DNA of 64,000 bases from Candidatus Poribacteria bacterium (GTDB taxonomy: Bacteria > Poribacteria > WGA-4E > WGA-3G): assembly GCA_963663765.2 (NCBI GenBank), contig CAXXUA010000005.1:1120001-1184000 (forward strand), in the 5' to 3' direction. A program made the position numbers and the translations under genes. The notes below the pieces were generated by a model. That model made no database searches. It saw only the letters and a list, made by a program, of their open reading frames with translations, and was not told the origin of the DNA. Shown piece after piece: positions 29,848 through 40,026 of the stretch. The stretch's first letter is position 1, and each line of letters starts with the position of its first letter.

Positions 29848-30708
29848 ATGACACATTCAATAACATTTCGATACTTGTTAATCATCCTGTTCGTATCAGG
29901 AGTTATTGTTATACAAGCACACGCATCAGACGTAACGGTCGGGTTGTTAGCAGAAAGTAACCAACTCGGTGAAGTAGAAGAAGCTGCCTACGATTGGGCA
30001 AGCGATACTTATCAATCCACAATCATCATTGCAGATGAAAATGGTAGTTTCAAGAACAGAGGTGGCAACGCGCAGAGTTTGGATAACTACGCAGTGTTGT
30101 GGTTGTTCTATACAGAAATGAACGCATTACCAGCAGCTTTTCTGTCGGATGCCACAAAATCCGAGATTCTTGATTATGTTGAAGCTGGTGGAAGTCTATT
30201 TTTATCTGCTCTTGGGCTACGGTATGTCGCGGACCTTGGTGTTGAAGAAGGTGGTACACCGCGTAATGTTTCTCCACTCGGTAAAATTCCTCCTGAAATC
30301 GGTATCATACCCACTGATGAAGCGAAAGACCATCCGGTGTATGAAGGTTTTGATACCAGTGGTCCGATTTTCCTAACCAGCATGGATCAACCCGGAAACA
30401 GTGCCGATTTTCATAATTTCGGCGGTACAGAACCAAGCGGTACAGTTCTTGGCACAAAGACACGCGGCGGTGGCGCAGGTGCTGGTGAACGTCCCTTTGT
30501 TGAATACGAAGTACAAACTGGAAGAATCATTGTGCTTGGACATCATAACGGAGTTTATACCGATACTAATTCCGAGGAAAGTGATAATCTTAGGAAACTC
30601 ACTGAGAATGTGCTAAATTATCTCGGTGAAAACTCCGAATTTTTTGCTGTTGAACCCGAAGGAAAATTGACCACTACGTGGGGAAATTTGAAGTCAGTAC
30701 TGAATTAG
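29848..30708 (+). CDS. Secreted protein with GATase/ThuA-like domain and C-terminal AVEPxGKLTTTWGxLK motif
   Basis: AGGAG SD before ATG 29848; signal peptide ending QAHA; 'ILDYVEAGGSLFLS'; C-terminal AVEPEGKLTTTWGNLKS. Confidence 0.8.
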   Translation: MTHSITFRYLLIILFVSGVIVIQAHASDVTVGLLAESNQLGEVEEAAYDWASDTYQSTIIIADENGSFKNRGGNAQSLDNYAVLWLFYTEMNALPAAFLSDATKSEILDYVEAGGSLFLSALGLRYVADLGVEEGGTPRNVSPLGKIPPEIGIIPTDEAKDHPVYEGFDTSGPIFLTSMDQPGNSADFHNFGGTEPSGTVLGTKTRGGGAGAGERPFVEYEVQTGRIIVLGHHNGVYTDTNSEESDNLRKLTENVLNYLGENSEFFAVEPEGKLTTTWGNLKSVLN

Positions 30709-30735
30709 ATCATTCAAGAATTATTTTTATAGATC

Positions 30736-30770
30736 AACCTGTAGTGATCTATTGCTACAGGTTTTCTTTG
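30736..30770 (+). terminator. Rho-independent terminator
   Basis: AACCTGTAGTGA-loop-TTGCTACAGGTT followed by TTCTTT, between convergent genes. Confidence 0.65.
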
Positions 30771-30772
30771 TA

Positions 30773-31015
30773 TTATGTATCCAAAAAGTCATTGTTTGGT
30801 GATGAGTTACCAACCGATGGATTTAGACGTGAGTGGTGCATTACCCAATAGATTGCGGCTGCAAATACACCCCCTATAACCGTTGCTAAAACCCAAATTA
30901 TAGGAGATACAAAAGAAGGGGTTCCTATACGTCTGGTATCTTGATATATGCCTTTCGCAAAAGAAATATGAACTATAATAGTAATAATAAGAATAAAAAA
31001 CACAGAAAAATCCAT
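30773..31015 (-). CDS. Small membrane protein
   Basis: 80 aa, two hydrophobic segments, GGAGG SD. Confidence 0.7.
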   Translation of the reverse strand: MDFSVFFILIITIIVHISFAKGIYQDTRRIGTPSFVSPIIWVLATVIGGVFAAAIYWVMHHSRLNPSVGNSSPNNDFLDT

Positions 31016-31094
31016 TTATATTCCTCCATTTAATTTTGATTTAGTTTACAATACTTACTCCTATGTGTCAATGCTTTTGAATGTATATGTAAAG

Positions 31095-31123
31095 TTGCAA
31101 TTAAGCGAAATATAGAGTATAAT
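31095..31123 (+). promoter_or_regulatory. Putative sigma70 promoter of the gap operon
   Basis: TTGCAA-N17-TATAAT in an AT-rich region. Confidence 0.6.
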
Positions 31124-31314
31124 TAAGAATAGAAAATGAATATAATAGGATGATTCTGAACTTATAGTTAATGTTATATTTTTATATATTTCACAAATTA
31201 AACATCTTATCGGATATTGAAAATAGTTTTATCTCCCAATTTTCTGTATTTGTATAGTTCTTCATGGGAACGGGGGATTTTAGGTGTAAACATTAGAGCT
31301 CGTTTGGGCAATAG

Positions 31315-32343
<1,029 letters not shown>

Positions 32344-32356
32344 TGTCGGGAGAACT

Positions 32357-33112
32357 ATGCGAACACCTATCATTGCAGGCAATTGGAAACTCAACAAGAC
32401 AATTTCAGAGGCGGTTTCACTCACAACGGCATTAAAGGATTTGGTTGTAGGAAGTAATGGCGTTGAAATAGTCGTCGCTCCACCTTTCACCGCGCTTGAT
32501 GCCGTTAGCAAAGTTGTAAACGGCAGCAACATTCGTCTCGCTGCACAGGATGTTTATTGGGAAGACAGTGGTGCATTTACTGGTGAAGTTTCGGCTCCGA
32601 TGCTAAAAGATATTGGCTGTGATTATGTAATTATTGGACATTCAGAGAGGCGACAATACTTTGCAGAGACTAATGAGACCGTCAATCAGAAAGTCCAAGC
32701 AGCGTTATCACATAATTTAATACCGATTTTATGTGTTGGTGAACTGCTTGAAGAGCGCGAAGCAGGTCGCACAGAAATAGTTATTGAAAGCCACGTAACA
32801 GGTGGCATTAAAGGTCTTACCGAAACTGAACTATTGTCTTGCGTCATTGCGTATGAACCTGTCTGGGCAATCGGAACAGGAAAAACCGCTACACCAGACC
32901 AAGCACAAGATGTACATAAATATATCAGAGACCTGATAACGGATACTTATTCAACAAATGTCGCATCACAGATTTGTATTCAATACGGAGGCAGTGTAAA
33001 GCCTGAAAACGCAGCCGAACTGATGGCACAACCCGATGTGGATGGAGCACTTGTCGGCGGCGCAAGTCTTGATGCAGAATCATTTGCACAGATCGTTAAA
33101 CACACTATATAG
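32357..33112 (+). CDS. tpiA: Triose-phosphate isomerase
   Basis: AGNWK, GHSERR, AYEPVWAIGTG, YGGSVK, LVGGASL; ATG 32357 with GGAG SD. Confidence 0.98.
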   Translation: MRTPIIAGNWKLNKTISEAVSLTTALKDLVVGSNGVEIVVAPPFTALDAVSKVVNGSNIRLAAQDVYWEDSGAFTGEVSAPMLKDIGCDYVIIGHSERRQYFAETNETVNQKVQAALSHNLIPILCVGELLEEREAGRTEIVIESHVTGGIKGLTETELLSCVIAYEPVWAIGTGKTATPDQAQDVHKYIRDLITDTYSTNVASQICIQYGGSVKPENAAELMAQPDVDGALVGGASLDAESFAQIVKHTI

Positions 33113-33153
33113 TCTAAATACTGCCTTGTAGGCAAACAAAGAGGATTATTATT

Positions 33154-33603
33154 ATGGGAATTTTCGTAGTTTTGGCAATCATTGTCTTCGTCCCTCTCTG
33201 TATCGTCCTGACACTTGTTATCTTATTACAGGATAGCAAAGGTGAAGGACTTTCATCCAGTGCATTTGGAGGGGCTGAAATCCAATCTGTACTTGGCGGA
33301 CACGGGGCAGCAACATTTCTTAGTAAACTCACAACGTGGGTTGCTGTCGGATTTATGGTTATCTCACTTTTCTTAATGCGTTTTTATGGGGAAAGAGCAG
33401 GTTTTGATCAAATAAAAAGTGAAACAGAAAACGCACAACAAGCTGAAGATAACGGAGATGCAGGAGAAGTTATAGAGGATACCGCCGAAGAAGACCCAAA
33501 GGGTACTATCACTACCAAACAGGAAGCCAACGACGATACTACACAAGAAGCACCTGAAGAAGATACAAAAGATGGCATCGTACCTACTGAAGAAACAGAA
33601 TAA
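33154..33603 (+). CDS. secG: Preprotein translocase subunit SecG with acidic tail
   Basis: 'LVILLQDSKGEGLSSSAFGG...ATFLSKLT'; typical position after tpiA. Confidence 0.9.
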   Translation: MGIFVVLAIIVFVPLCIVLTLVILLQDSKGEGLSSSAFGGAEIQSVLGGHGAATFLSKLTTWVAVGFMVISLFLMRFYGERAGFDQIKSETENAQQAEDNGDAGEVIEDTAEEDPKGTITTKQEANDDTTQEAPEEDTKDGIVPTEETE

Positions 33604-33606
33604 CTC

Positions 33607-34131
33607 GTGCAAGAAACAAGCAAAACCGTTGAAGAACAAAATCTTCCAAATCCTGTTCATGTCAAGACACAAACTGGAGAACTCTCGTGGAGAGTCCACC
33701 CATTGGTTGAAAACTGGATAAGGTCTGGGTTATTATTGCTTTTTTTCTTCCTCATTCTTATCACGATTTATTTCAGTTTTAGATCTATTGGATTTACACT
33801 GTTGTCAGCATTGCTGTTGATCGTGCCGCTTTACAAGTACTTTTTGCCTTTTCATTACCAATGCGGCATTAGCAGTCTTGTTGTCAAAGCTTGTTGCTAC
33901 AAGATAGAACGTCCTTGGTCAGCATTTCATAGCCACTATGTTGACAAAAACGGTGTACTGTTAAGTCCCTTTACTTTACCCACAAGACTTGAAAACTTCA
34001 GAGGTGTTTATGTCAGATTTGGCAAGCATCCCCCTGAAGTGATAATAGATTTTATTCACAACAAACTAAACACGGAGCCACAAGATGAACCCTCCACATC
34101 CGAATCATCACCCGATAATCAAAACCCATGA
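33607..34131 (+). CDS. Hypothetical 2-TM membrane protein
   Basis: ORF in operon; 'LSWRVHP', 'GVLLSPF..PTRLENFRG'. Confidence 0.7.
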   Translation: MQETSKTVEEQNLPNPVHVKTQTGELSWRVHPLVENWIRSGLLLLFFFLILITIYFSFRSIGFTLLSALLLIVPLYKYFLPFHYQCGISSLVVKACCYKIERPWSAFHSHYVDKNGVLLSPFTLPTRLENFRGVYVRFGKHPPEVIIDFIHNKLNTEPQDEPSTSESSPDNQNP

Positions 34132-35365
34132 TCAACTTAAAAGTGCCATCTCACAGATAGTCAACAAACAGACCACAACAGATATCCATACGCACCTTTT
34201 TAGTCCTCCATTTGAAGAACTGCTGTTGTGGGGAATAGATGAACTGCTAACTTATCACTATCTGATTGCAGAGGTATTTCGTAAAGTTGATCTCTCCTAT
34301 CATGATTTTTGGGCAATGACAAAATTGCAACAAGCTGAACTTATTTGGCAGACACTTTTTATTGAAAATTCACCTGTCAGTGAGGCGTGCCGCGGTGTTG
34401 TGACAACTTTGAATGAATTGGGGTTAGATGTCGGTTCACGAAACTTAAAGGACTACCGTGCTTACTTTGCGGATACGACTGTTGAAGAATTTATTGACAC
34501 TGTGTTTGACCGATCAAATGTCTCCAAGGTCGTTATGACAAATGACCCGTTTGACCCAGCGGAAGCTCCCGTGTGGGAATCAGGTGATACGGGTGACACG
34601 CGTTTTGAAGCTGCACTTCGAATGGATGTTCTCATAAACAACTACGAAGATACAGCGTATGAACATTTGCGTGGTCTCGGTTATGATGTTGATCCAACAC
34701 TATCTTCTGAAAAAGGTTATAAAGAGGTTCGACGTTTTTTAGAAATGTGGATACAACGCATGACCCCAAAATACATGGCAGTTTCTCTTCCACCTGATTT
34801 TCAATACCCGCATGATGGAGTTCTCGGAAGGTTGTTTGACAACTGTATCTTACCCATCTCGCGTGAATTCAACGTTCCCTTTGCACTGATGATCGGTGTA
34901 AAAAGAGCCGTAAACCCGCAACTCAAAATGGCAGGAGACGGCACCGGCAAAGCAGACTTGACAAGTCTGGAAACGCTTCTCCGTGAAAACCAAGACAATA
35001 AATTCCTTGTGACACTACTCTCACGGGAAAACCAACACGAATTGTGTGTCATCGGACGGAAATTTAGAAATCTCATGATATTCGGATGTTGGTGGTTTAT
35101 GAACAACCCAAGTATTATTGAAGAGATAACACGCGAACGGATAGAATTGCTCGGACTGAGCGTTATCCCACAGCATTCAGATGCACGAATCTTAGACCAA
35201 CTTATCTACAAATGGAAGCATTCACGCCAGATAATCGCTGACGTTTTAATAGAAAAATACAAATCCCTGATAGACGCGGAATGGACTCTTACGCAATCTG
35301 AAATTGAGCGAGATGTCAAGAACCTTTTTGGTGGTAACTTTGAACGTTTCCTGAATGGGGTATAA
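34085..35365 (+). CDS. uxaC: Uronate (glucuronate) isomerase, divergent amidohydrolase subfamily
   Basis: DIHTH, LTYHYL, MTNDPFD, ALRMD, GCWWF, QHSDAR, YKWKHSR. Confidence 0.85.
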   Translation: MNPPHPNHHPIIKTHDQLKSAISQIVNKQTTTDIHTHLFSPPFEELLLWGIDELLTYHYLIAEVFRKVDLSYHDFWAMTKLQQAELIWQTLFIENSPVSEACRGVVTTLNELGLDVGSRNLKDYRAYFADTTVEEFIDTVFDRSNVSKVVMTNDPFDPAEAPVWESGDTGDTRFEAALRMDVLINNYEDTAYEHLRGLGYDVDPTLSSEKGYKEVRRFLEMWIQRMTPKYMAVSLPPDFQYPHDGVLGRLFDNCILPISREFNVPFALMIGVKRAVNPQLKMAGDGTGKADLTSLETLLRENQDNKFLVTLLSRENQHELCVIGRKFRNLMIFGCWWFMNNPSIIEEITRERIELLGLSVIPQHSDARILDQLIYKWKHSRQIIADVLIEKYKSLIDAEWTLTQSEIERDVKNLFGGNFERFLNGV

Positions 35366-35404
35366 GATCTATTTACCCTTTACCTCCTGAACCATTAGAC
35401 TACT

Positions 35405-35689
35405 CTAACAATCACAGGGAGTAGCCTTACATTTCGGACATCCATCTGCATATATTTCCGCTGCATCCTCAAGAGAAACACCAAGCAAACTTGCCAAAGT
35501 AGATAACCATGCAAAAACATCGGCGAACTCTTCTCGCAACCTTTCCATATCCTGCGGTTGTTTGCGTATCTCTTTCGCTAACTCCCCAACCTCCTCTACA
35601 AACCATGTAAAGGTTAACGGCACACCGCGTGCAGCATCACGGGTATAATAGATAGACTCAATCTGTTGTTGAAACTTTTGAATTGTCAT
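35405..35689 (-). CDS. MazG-like nucleotide pyrophosphohydrolase
   Basis: EEVGELA...EEFADV; C-terminal CPKC..PCDC. Confidence 0.88.
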   Translation of the reverse strand: MTIQKFQQQIESIYYTRDAARGVPLTFTWFVEEVGELAKEIRKQPQDMERLREEFADVFAWLSTLASLLGVSLEDAAEIYADGCPKCKATPCDC

Positions 35690-35838
35690 AATTCTCCTTT
35701 TTCAGTATAATAAGACAAGCGTTTGAGATTGTCAATTGAAATCCGGCTACCTGAATTTACTTTGCGTAGCATGCGTTTTTATGTAGATTAGACTGATAAG
35801 ATGCAAATATAATCCAATCAGATGGAGTGTACATAAGT

Positions 35839-36231
35839 ATGTTGAGACCAATAATAATAAATCAATCGGAACTTGAGTGGGAAGGATGGGAAGATCCAGA
35901 GATTGCCGCCAAAAGTCCAATTCGTTGGAAACTGCTTATCACAAGTGAACGCGGTCCGAGCAGCGGATTGGTCACAGGTATAGCAGAAGTGCCCTCTGGT
36001 GCATCACTTTTGCTACACCATCATGAACCTGAAGAAACCTATTATATTCTCAGTGGTAACGGACACATAAAGATTGATGAGTGCGAAGCAGAAATCGGTC
36101 CTGGTTCTACAGTCTATATTCCACCTAATGCTAAGCATACCGTCCGTTGCACTGGAATCGAACCACTGGTTTTTATATTCACCTTTGCTCAAGATTCTTT
36201 TGAAGAAATCATTTACAAATTTGATGAGTAA
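35839..36231 (+). CDS. Cupin-domain protein, DddK/DddW-like (candidate DMSP lyase)
   Basis: IRWKLLI...SSGLVTGIAEV...HHHEPEETY...VYIPPNAKH...FAQDSFEEIIYKF. Confidence 0.75.
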   Translation: MLRPIIINQSELEWEGWEDPEIAAKSPIRWKLLITSERGPSSGLVTGIAEVPSGASLLLHHHEPEETYYILSGNGHIKIDECEAEIGPGSTVYIPPNAKHTVRCTGIEPLVFIFTFAQDSFEEIIYKFDE

Positions 36232-36281
36232 TCAAACGTACTCAAGTATCTTAAGATTTCACTTTGGAGGTAATCCTAAGA

Positions 36282-37271
36282 ATGTCAACGTTCAAAACGA
36301 TGGATACAAAACCGATCATTTCTAATGCAGAAGCAAGTCTCTTTGACATAGGTGATGGAATTACCTTTCTTGAACTACATGGCAAATTGAATATCATAGA
36401 GGATAGCACGTTGGAGATTCTGGATTTAGCATTAGACGCGGTAGAAACGAATTATTCTGGCATGATAATCGGGACAGAAGACGATCATTTTTCGGTAGGC
36501 CTCAATCTAATTCATTTACTTGACCGTGCTCAAAGTCAAAACTGGAATGCGATTTCAAAAACACTTCGTAATTTGCAGAAGGTTTGTATGCGCCTACGTC
36601 TTTCAGCAAAACCTGTTGTAGCAGCGACGGCAGGCATGGCATTGGGTGGTGGTTGTGAACTCACATTCGGTGCAGATGCTGTTCAAGCTTACACTAACAG
36701 CAAACTTGGGCTTGTTGAAATTCGCGTTGGATTGATCCCCGCTGGCGGTGGAACTACCGAGATGATGTATCGCTGTTTGTATGGACATAACCCCTCAACA
36801 CCAATACAGCAATTGCTTACGTTGGTAAATGAAGTATTTGAAACTATTCGTCAAGCAAAAGTTTCGCAAAATATTGAAGATGCAGTCAACCTTGGTTACC
36901 TTCGAAAAATAGATCCTATCTCTAAGCAAAGAAATAATCATATCCAAGATGCAAAACAGTTAGCACTTTCACTCTGTAAGAACGGTTATCAATCACCTAT
37001 ACCACGACAGGTTTTGGTGGTAGGAAAGGAAGGGGTTCATCATCTAAATCAAAATATTCAACAATTGGTGAAAGATAGGACCATTAACGAATATGAGAAG
37101 TTTCTTGCTGAGAAATTGATTTATGTGCTCTGCGGGGGTACACTTTCAACCCCTCAGTTTGTTACAGAACAATACTTACTTGACCTCGAACACGAGATTT
37201 TTCTGAGTCTATGTGGAGAACCGAAGACCCATGCTATGATTGAATCAACCGTCAAAAAAAGCAAAAAATGA
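36282..37271 (+). CDS. Enoyl-CoA hydratase/isomerase (stand-alone FadN-type C-terminal module)
   Basis: FSVGLNL, MALGGGCE, GLVEIRVGLIPAGGG, EQYLLDLE...FLSLCGEPKT; GGAGG SD. Confidence 0.85.
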   Translation: MSTFKTMDTKPIISNAEASLFDIGDGITFLELHGKLNIIEDSTLEILDLALDAVETNYSGMIIGTEDDHFSVGLNLIHLLDRAQSQNWNAISKTLRNLQKVCMRLRLSAKPVVAATAGMALGGGCELTFGADAVQAYTNSKLGLVEIRVGLIPAGGGTTEMMYRCLYGHNPSTPIQQLLTLVNEVFETIRQAKVSQNIEDAVNLGYLRKIDPISKQRNNHIQDAKQLALSLCKNGYQSPIPRQVLVVGKEGVHHLNQNIQQLVKDRTINEYEKFLAEKLIYVLCGGTLSTPQFVTEQYLLDLEHEIFLSLCGEPKTHAMIESTVKKSKK

Positions 37272-37329
37272 AACCACATTATCGTGGATCTAACATATTA
37301 GATTAAACATAAAAAGAAATAAGGAAAAC

Positions 37330-38391
37330 ATGCAGACACACTTATATCTCTCCATTGCAGGCGAAAACAGAATCGCAATTTATACCTTTGATGTTTCTAA
37401 AGGTTCAATTACATTTCAAGAGAATGTTAACGTTAGCGGCTCACCCGGTCCCTTAACCCGTTCTCCGTGCGGTAACTATCTGTATGCTGGACTCCGATCC
37501 AGCCGAGAAATCGCAACTTTCCGTATTGATGAAAAGCAGAAGAAATTAACCCATTTAAGCACAATCAACCTTGATGCAGATACATGCTACATTGCAACAG
37601 ACAAAACAGGTAACTATTTGCTATCTGCTTATTACGGTGCGGGGAAGGTGACTGTGCATGCAATCGGGGAGGATAAGACAGTGCAAGCGGGACCGATCCA
37701 AACTATTGAAACTGCACCACATGCACACTATATTGAAACAGACGCAACAAACCGATTTGCTTTTGTCCCCCACACTGTTCCTCGTAATGCTATCTACCAG
37801 TTCCATTTTGACGCTGATACTGGCAAGTTGATACAAAACTTCTTTGGCAATCTGAACCCCGATGATCCTGTTGGACCGCGTCACTACTGTGAGCATCCAA
37901 ACAAACCGATCTTTTATTTCTCAAATGAGCAAGGATCCAGTGTGTCTGCGTACAATCTACAGAAAGGTGATCCAGACGTTCCAATCCCAACGGAAGGAAC
38001 ACCAGACTATACCTTTAACGATGCCCCCGGACTCTTATGGAGTTTCCAAACTCTTTCCACATTACCAGAAGATTTTGACGAAAAAAACACCTGCGCACAA
38101 ATACACATTGACCCGCACGCGAAATTTCTATACGTCTCCAATCGTGGTCATGACAGCATCGCAATTTTTTCAATTGACGAAGAAAACGGGGAATTGATTG
38201 CATTAGGTCACCAACCAACAGAACCAACACCTCGCGTCTTCAATATTGACGAAACAGGGAACTATCTATTTGCTGGAGGACAAGGTTCGGGAAAACTCGC
38301 TACCTATCGTATTGATCGTAATACCGGATTACTCTCACTGATAAAAAGTTATGCTGTGGGGAAAAACCCAATGTGGGTAATGTTTTTATAG
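37330..38391 (+). CDS. 6-phosphogluconolactonase-family beta-propeller lactonase
   Basis: HAH, GPRH, LYVSNRGHDSI, PRVF. Confidence 0.9.
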   Translation: MQTHLYLSIAGENRIAIYTFDVSKGSITFQENVNVSGSPGPLTRSPCGNYLYAGLRSSREIATFRIDEKQKKLTHLSTINLDADTCYIATDKTGNYLLSAYYGAGKVTVHAIGEDKTVQAGPIQTIETAPHAHYIETDATNRFAFVPHTVPRNAIYQFHFDADTGKLIQNFFGNLNPDDPVGPRHYCEHPNKPIFYFSNEQGSSVSAYNLQKGDPDVPIPTEGTPDYTFNDAPGLLWSFQTLSTLPEDFDEKNTCAQIHIDPHAKFLYVSNRGHDSIAIFSIDEENGELIALGHQPTEPTPRVFNIDETGNYLFAGGQGSGKLATYRIDRNTGLLSLIKSYAVGKNPMWVMFL

Positions 38392-38472
38392 AAAACAGAT
38401 GGAAGGTGGATATGTTATCTTTTGGCACAACTGTCTTATTACACTGTGCCGACTTAACAACTGCAGTAGGCT

Positions 38473-38511
38473 AAAAAAAGAATGGGCATGGTAATCACTA
38501 CCGTGCCCATT
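38473..38511 (-). terminator. Rho-independent terminator of the selenoprotein gene
   Basis: AATGGGCATGGTA-atcac-TACCGTGCCCATT hairpin preceded by A7 on + (U-tract on -). Confidence 0.7.
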
Positions 38512-38519
38512 ACTACTCT

Positions 38520-38753
38520 TTATACAATGTCATCAATCGCCGTAGTGATCTGCTCTGTTGTCGGGAATTTTCGCATCTCAAGTTTTGAGTAGAGTAACTC
38601 CTCGTTGACATACACTTCAAAAGCACCACCACCACTTGGCTCAAGTTTCACCTTGTCAACTTGACCACTATATTTCTCTTCTAAGGCTTCTGCCAAACTG
38701 GCTGCCCGTGGTTTATAGTTTCAAGATGTGCAATACTCAATTCTAATGTCCAT
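38520..38753 (-). CDS. SelW/SelT/SelH (Rdx family) selenoprotein, 77 aa, TGA=Sec at codon 11
   Basis: MDIRIEYCTSUNYKPRAASLAEALEEKYSGQVDKVKLEPSGGGAFEVYVNEELLYSKLEMRKFPTTEQITTAIDDIV; AGGAGG SD; CxxU and GxFEV motifs. Confidence 0.9.
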
Positions 38754-38951
38754 TTACAATATATCCTCCTGAATTGAAAGATTTTCATAAGTATTCTATC
38801 AGATGTTTTTGGAAATTGCAAATGATTCTTGCTGTGATAATTACAGTTTTTCCTTGAAAATTCAAATATTTCATGTGATAATAACCTATCACAACACATC
38901 AATAACATAAGCAGTACAGCAACTTGTTTCAAAAAAACTTGGTTTTCCAAC

Positions 38952-40016
38952 ATGCGACCTAAGATTTCAAAAACCATCCGTATCGCACTCATCCTCTCTA
39001 TATGCCTTCACATTGCGCTGTTTGCTGTACTCAAAGTGCTATATACAAGCGAATCAAGTTCTATCAAAGACAAAACATACGTTGATATATCAGAAGTACG
39101 TTCACAACGGGCTATGCGCACATTAAAGCGAAAAAAGTATATTCCCCCGAAACATAAACCTATAATATATCAACAGAATGAAGTTGCGGTTACCCCGCAG
39201 GTCGCCCCCATCCAAGTGACAGCACCAATTGCGCATCGAAATCCTGTCACTCCTATGAGGAATTTCACACTTCCTACTCATAGCATTTTAAAGAATGATA
39301 CAATAGGCATAGACACATCAATTGGTATGGTGACGCTTGGTACAGGAAATCAACGTGGGTATAGTGTATTTAATTCTCAACACGTATCGCGAAGGAGAAT
39401 TCAAAAAACTTTCAAACCACCTATTGACACAATTCTAACACCCGTTAGTGAGGTTTCGTTACCAGATGGAATTCTAACACAACTTGGACAGCACATTGTA
39501 GCAAACCGTCAGACGAAAATGGTAGATATCGTCTTTATTGTTGATGGTAGCGGTAGTATGAAAGATAACATCAACGCAATCCAACGTCACCTAAACAATA
39601 TGACAGAGTTGTTCAATGCCGCGGAACTTGATTTCACATTCGGGATTGTCATCTTCAGAGACCACACCGGATACAACTTAATTGGGTGGGATTTTGAACT
39701 TGTGGCACAAACCCGATCAATCGTAAAGATTAAGAGATATCTTGCACAAGTGAAATGTGTCGGTGGCGAAAAAGCTTTAGATGCACTCGTGCGCGCTACA
39801 GACGAAGTTACAGTAAGAAAAAATGCTGATGTACATTTCATCTTGATCACTGATGAATATGTTAGCGGGAAATATACTGCCAGAGATGTATTAAAAAAGG
39901 TTACTGATGCAAGAATTAAGGTGGATGTCATAGGACGTAATGAACCTTTCAATAAGTATATCGCGCGCCGCACTGGTGGAATATGGCTGCCAATTTCAAG
40001 TCTAAGTACACAATAG
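38952..40016 (+). CDS. Membrane-anchored von Willebrand factor A domain protein
   Basis: N-terminal 'SICLHIAL' TM; DIVFIVDGSGSM MIDAS, GGE, ILITDE. Confidence 0.87.
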   Translation: MRPKISKTIRIALILSICLHIALFAVLKVLYTSESSSIKDKTYVDISEVRSQRAMRTLKRKKYIPPKHKPIIYQQNEVAVTPQVAPIQVTAPIAHRNPVTPMRNFTLPTHSILKNDTIGIDTSIGMVTLGTGNQRGYSVFNSQHVSRRRIQKTFKPPIDTILTPVSEVSLPDGILTQLGQHIVANRQTKMVDIVFIVDGSGSMKDNINAIQRHLNNMTELFNAAELDFTFGIVIFRDHTGYNLIGWDFELVAQTRSIVKIKRYLAQVKCVGGEKALDALVRATDEVTVRKNADVHFILITDEYVSGKYTARDVLKKVTDARIKVDVIGRNEPFNKYIARRTGGIWLPISSLSTQ

Positions 40017-40026
40017 ATTCAACCCA

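Noticed and set aside
38681-38992. 103-aa minus-strand ORF in the track
   Set aside because: Low-complexity translation overlapping the selenoprotein and vWA starts; the Rdx frame explains the region better
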